DNA of 53,120 nucleotides from contig JBEUKZ010000023.1 of NCBI GenBank assembly GCA_048128005.1, forward strand, positions 434,001-487,120, given 5' to 3'. Shown piece after piece: positions 50,265-53,120 of this stretch. Below the pieces are notes generated by a model. The model saw nothing but the letters and a program-made list of their open reading frames with translations, made no database searches and was not told the origin of the DNA. Each line of letters opens with the position of its first letter. Within the stretch, counting starts at the first letter, position 1. The position numbers and the translations under genes were made by a program. The DNA comes from Veleropilina oligotropha. Taxonomy: Eukaryota.

Positions 50265-51022
50265 TCTGAAAATTAAAATAATATTTGTGAAATATAATAA
50301 CATGAATATTAGAAAAAATTCAACAGAGTTCCATTTAATAGAATATGATTTATTACCAAGGAAATGGATTTTATACCATTATTGACTATTGTACCAGTGA
50401 ATATAAAGATTTATCCACCAAGGAATTGATAATCACCAAGAGGAAACCAAGGTGAATATAACTATCCACGGTGGATAAATCATTATATTCTTCAGTCAAT
50501 ATTTAATTGTATTATTATAAGACACCATGTAACCCACACCACTCATGCTAATATGGATACGTCTTGTTTTGAATTTTGAACAGGTCAACAGATATGTTAT
50601 ATTGACCTGCAGTCAGGAAATTCAGCAGAAAATATTGAGCACATATTTTAGTATTGACATATTTCCATCAAGATATTTCTCAATCAAGAAAATTTAAGCC
50701 ACAGAACAAAACAAAACAATACATATAGGCCTAATTAAGAATAGATAAAACACTTAATTTGTTATGTACAACAAAATACATGTACACAATGTGTGCCATA
50801 CGTACATTCCAAATCTGGTGCATATATAACTAAATATATAGTCACATATAGTACAAAACAATATATACACATGTATCTTCAATAAGTTTGACAAAATCAT
50901 AAAACGATGCCGGTACTAGTTATTAAAAAACGAATTAAAAATATTCCAAATGCTGATCATTAAAAATATCAATATTTGTTTACAAAATTGTCGCTAAAAC
51001 GTTATAAATTGCATCTACTCAC

Positions 51023-51330
51023 CTGACAGTGATTATGCACGTTAATTCATTGCGGAATTGTAAAATAAATGGCAATGCTTGTGGTCAAATGTCGGGTGAA
51101 ATTGGGAAAATTTGGGTTTGTCGTTCGCTCCACCCTGGATGAAGTTTGGCCTCCGTTCGATCAAGCCACCAAGCCCATCCAGTGAAAGGGACCAGGGAGT
51201 TTCTGTGAGCGGCCAAAAATAGATCGCGGCAATTGTTCTGCCAATGAGGGCTGCCGTTGTTATGCAGGGAACCAGTAAAACAAGTTCGCGATCTATTTTT
51301 AGCGCACCGCGGCACACGTTGGGGGATACG
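51023..51330 (-). other. Candidate 5' UTR exon of gene B (5' boundary unknown)
   Basis: Consensus donor CAG|GTGAGT at 51023/51022 at the edge of a relatively GC-rich island upstream of the ATG exon, which needs an upstream donor. Confidence 0.4.
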
Positions 51331-52456
51331 TTTCTCACTATTTTCTGCTCTGGTCTTGTCGAATATTATTTTCAACGTTAGAGCTCAGCCTGTGCTGTCA
51401 AGTGAAATGAATTTTTTAGTGTATATTTTATGCGGTATAAAATAAATCTATATTCATATCGTTAGTATCGATTTGTGTGGCTAAGCAAATTTAAAAATTA
51501 AAATATTATCTTTAAAATGTCATATAGCAAAATTTAACATTTCAACTAATTGATATAAATATATGAACTTAACAACTGTCTTATAATTAAATTATTTAAT
51601 AATTTCGTTTTATTCTCAGCAGGCCTATAACAATTTTCGCTATAAATTTTATGACAAATATATAAACTAAATAATTAAAGAAATGTTACCAAATATATAT
51701 ATGTATTATATCACTCTTCAAAAGTATTTATATGGATAAAATTGAATGAAATTGTCTCTGATGATTTTTAGATAATGAAACCAAGTGTTTTGGACTGTTG
51801 GCTTACAATTATTTGTTTTAATCAGTATTTTCATTTCTATTTTATAAATTGCAACTTCACATATGGCCTACAACATAGTCTTGTAATGTACATACATAAG
51901 GCGGAAACAAGTCTACCATAAATTTCAATATTTCTTGCTGTATAGCATATTTTTCACTATTAATTGTTTTTCTGCAAGTTTTTTGGTACGAGGACAATAC
52001 TAGTAGAAGAACGAAGGCTGTTCGAGTTTTCTCCCTTGTAGTGTAATATTCCCATTCAATATTTCATCAATCGACATTCTGAGCTATAAATAGACCTTCT
52101 TACCTGTCCTACCGGTTTTTTCATTTTTCAATAGCCAGCGACAAGGTATTATCATAAAACTCGACAATTCGTTGGGTGGCTATTTTCGGAAGGGAGTAAC
52201 TCTGCAACACAACTAGCCTATGCTACAGGAAGGGCTTGGCAGTCAAAATTCAGGGTATAGGGGGCACCCGACTTGGTATGTTTATTCTTTAAAACAATTA
52301 ATGCAAATAATATCAACATTAGTAGATCTATCGACAATAGAGATTGCTAACTTCTGGTGGGAGTATTTAACAGGTAAGGTGGAATATATATGCAATGCCA
52401 TTTATGTAAGATAACTTTAATCGTTACAGCAATATTATATAAAACGTACAATTTAA

Positions 52457-52980
<524 letters not shown>

Positions 52981-53059
52981 ATTTCACTATTCTCAGATTA
53001 CGTCACACACCGCCTTCTCTGCATGGATCATAATATAGATAATATTTATATTAAATATT

Positions 53060-53090
53060 ATCTGGGACTACTATAAGAGTAGTCCCAGAT
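53060..53090. repeat. 13-bp stem / 5-nt loop palindrome, possibly the end of another Helentron-like element
   Basis: atctgggactact-ataag-agtagtcccagat. Confidence 0.5.
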
Positions 53091-53120
53091 ATTATATAGT
53101 GATATGGCATTTATATTTGT

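Overview
AT-rich, repeat-dense animal genomic DNA; the intron signals and repeat types suggest an invertebrate, possibly a lophotrochozoan, but the species cannot be determined here. It holds two spliced minus-strand class C GPCR genes (mGluR/CaSR-like fold). Gene B (ATG 50264 to stop at 30948 or 29299) can be spliced by hand through 13-14 frame-compatible GT-AG exons into one ~2,860-2,930 aa protein: signal peptide, FIVE tandem, mutually divergent Venus-flytrap (VFT) domains each followed by a 3-cysteine mini-linker, one 7TM domain, and duplicated, possibly alternative, Tyr/Ser-rich C-tail exons. Gene A (ATG 3060, running off the window at 1) is a single-VFT relative with the same mini-linker and intron position, a GC-AG intron and a degenerate amino-acid pocket. 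The rest is transposon-derived: a tRNA-type SINE family (~10 copies, one hosting a 44-bp minisatellite), CAG-ended MITEs with 5-bp TSDs (including a nested set), Harbinger-type MITEs/foldbacks, Helentron-like elements, a deleted piggyBac, dead LINE, Tc1 and probable Gypsy relics, and micro/minisatellites. All exon models and alignments were read by eye and not checked against databases or RNA data.
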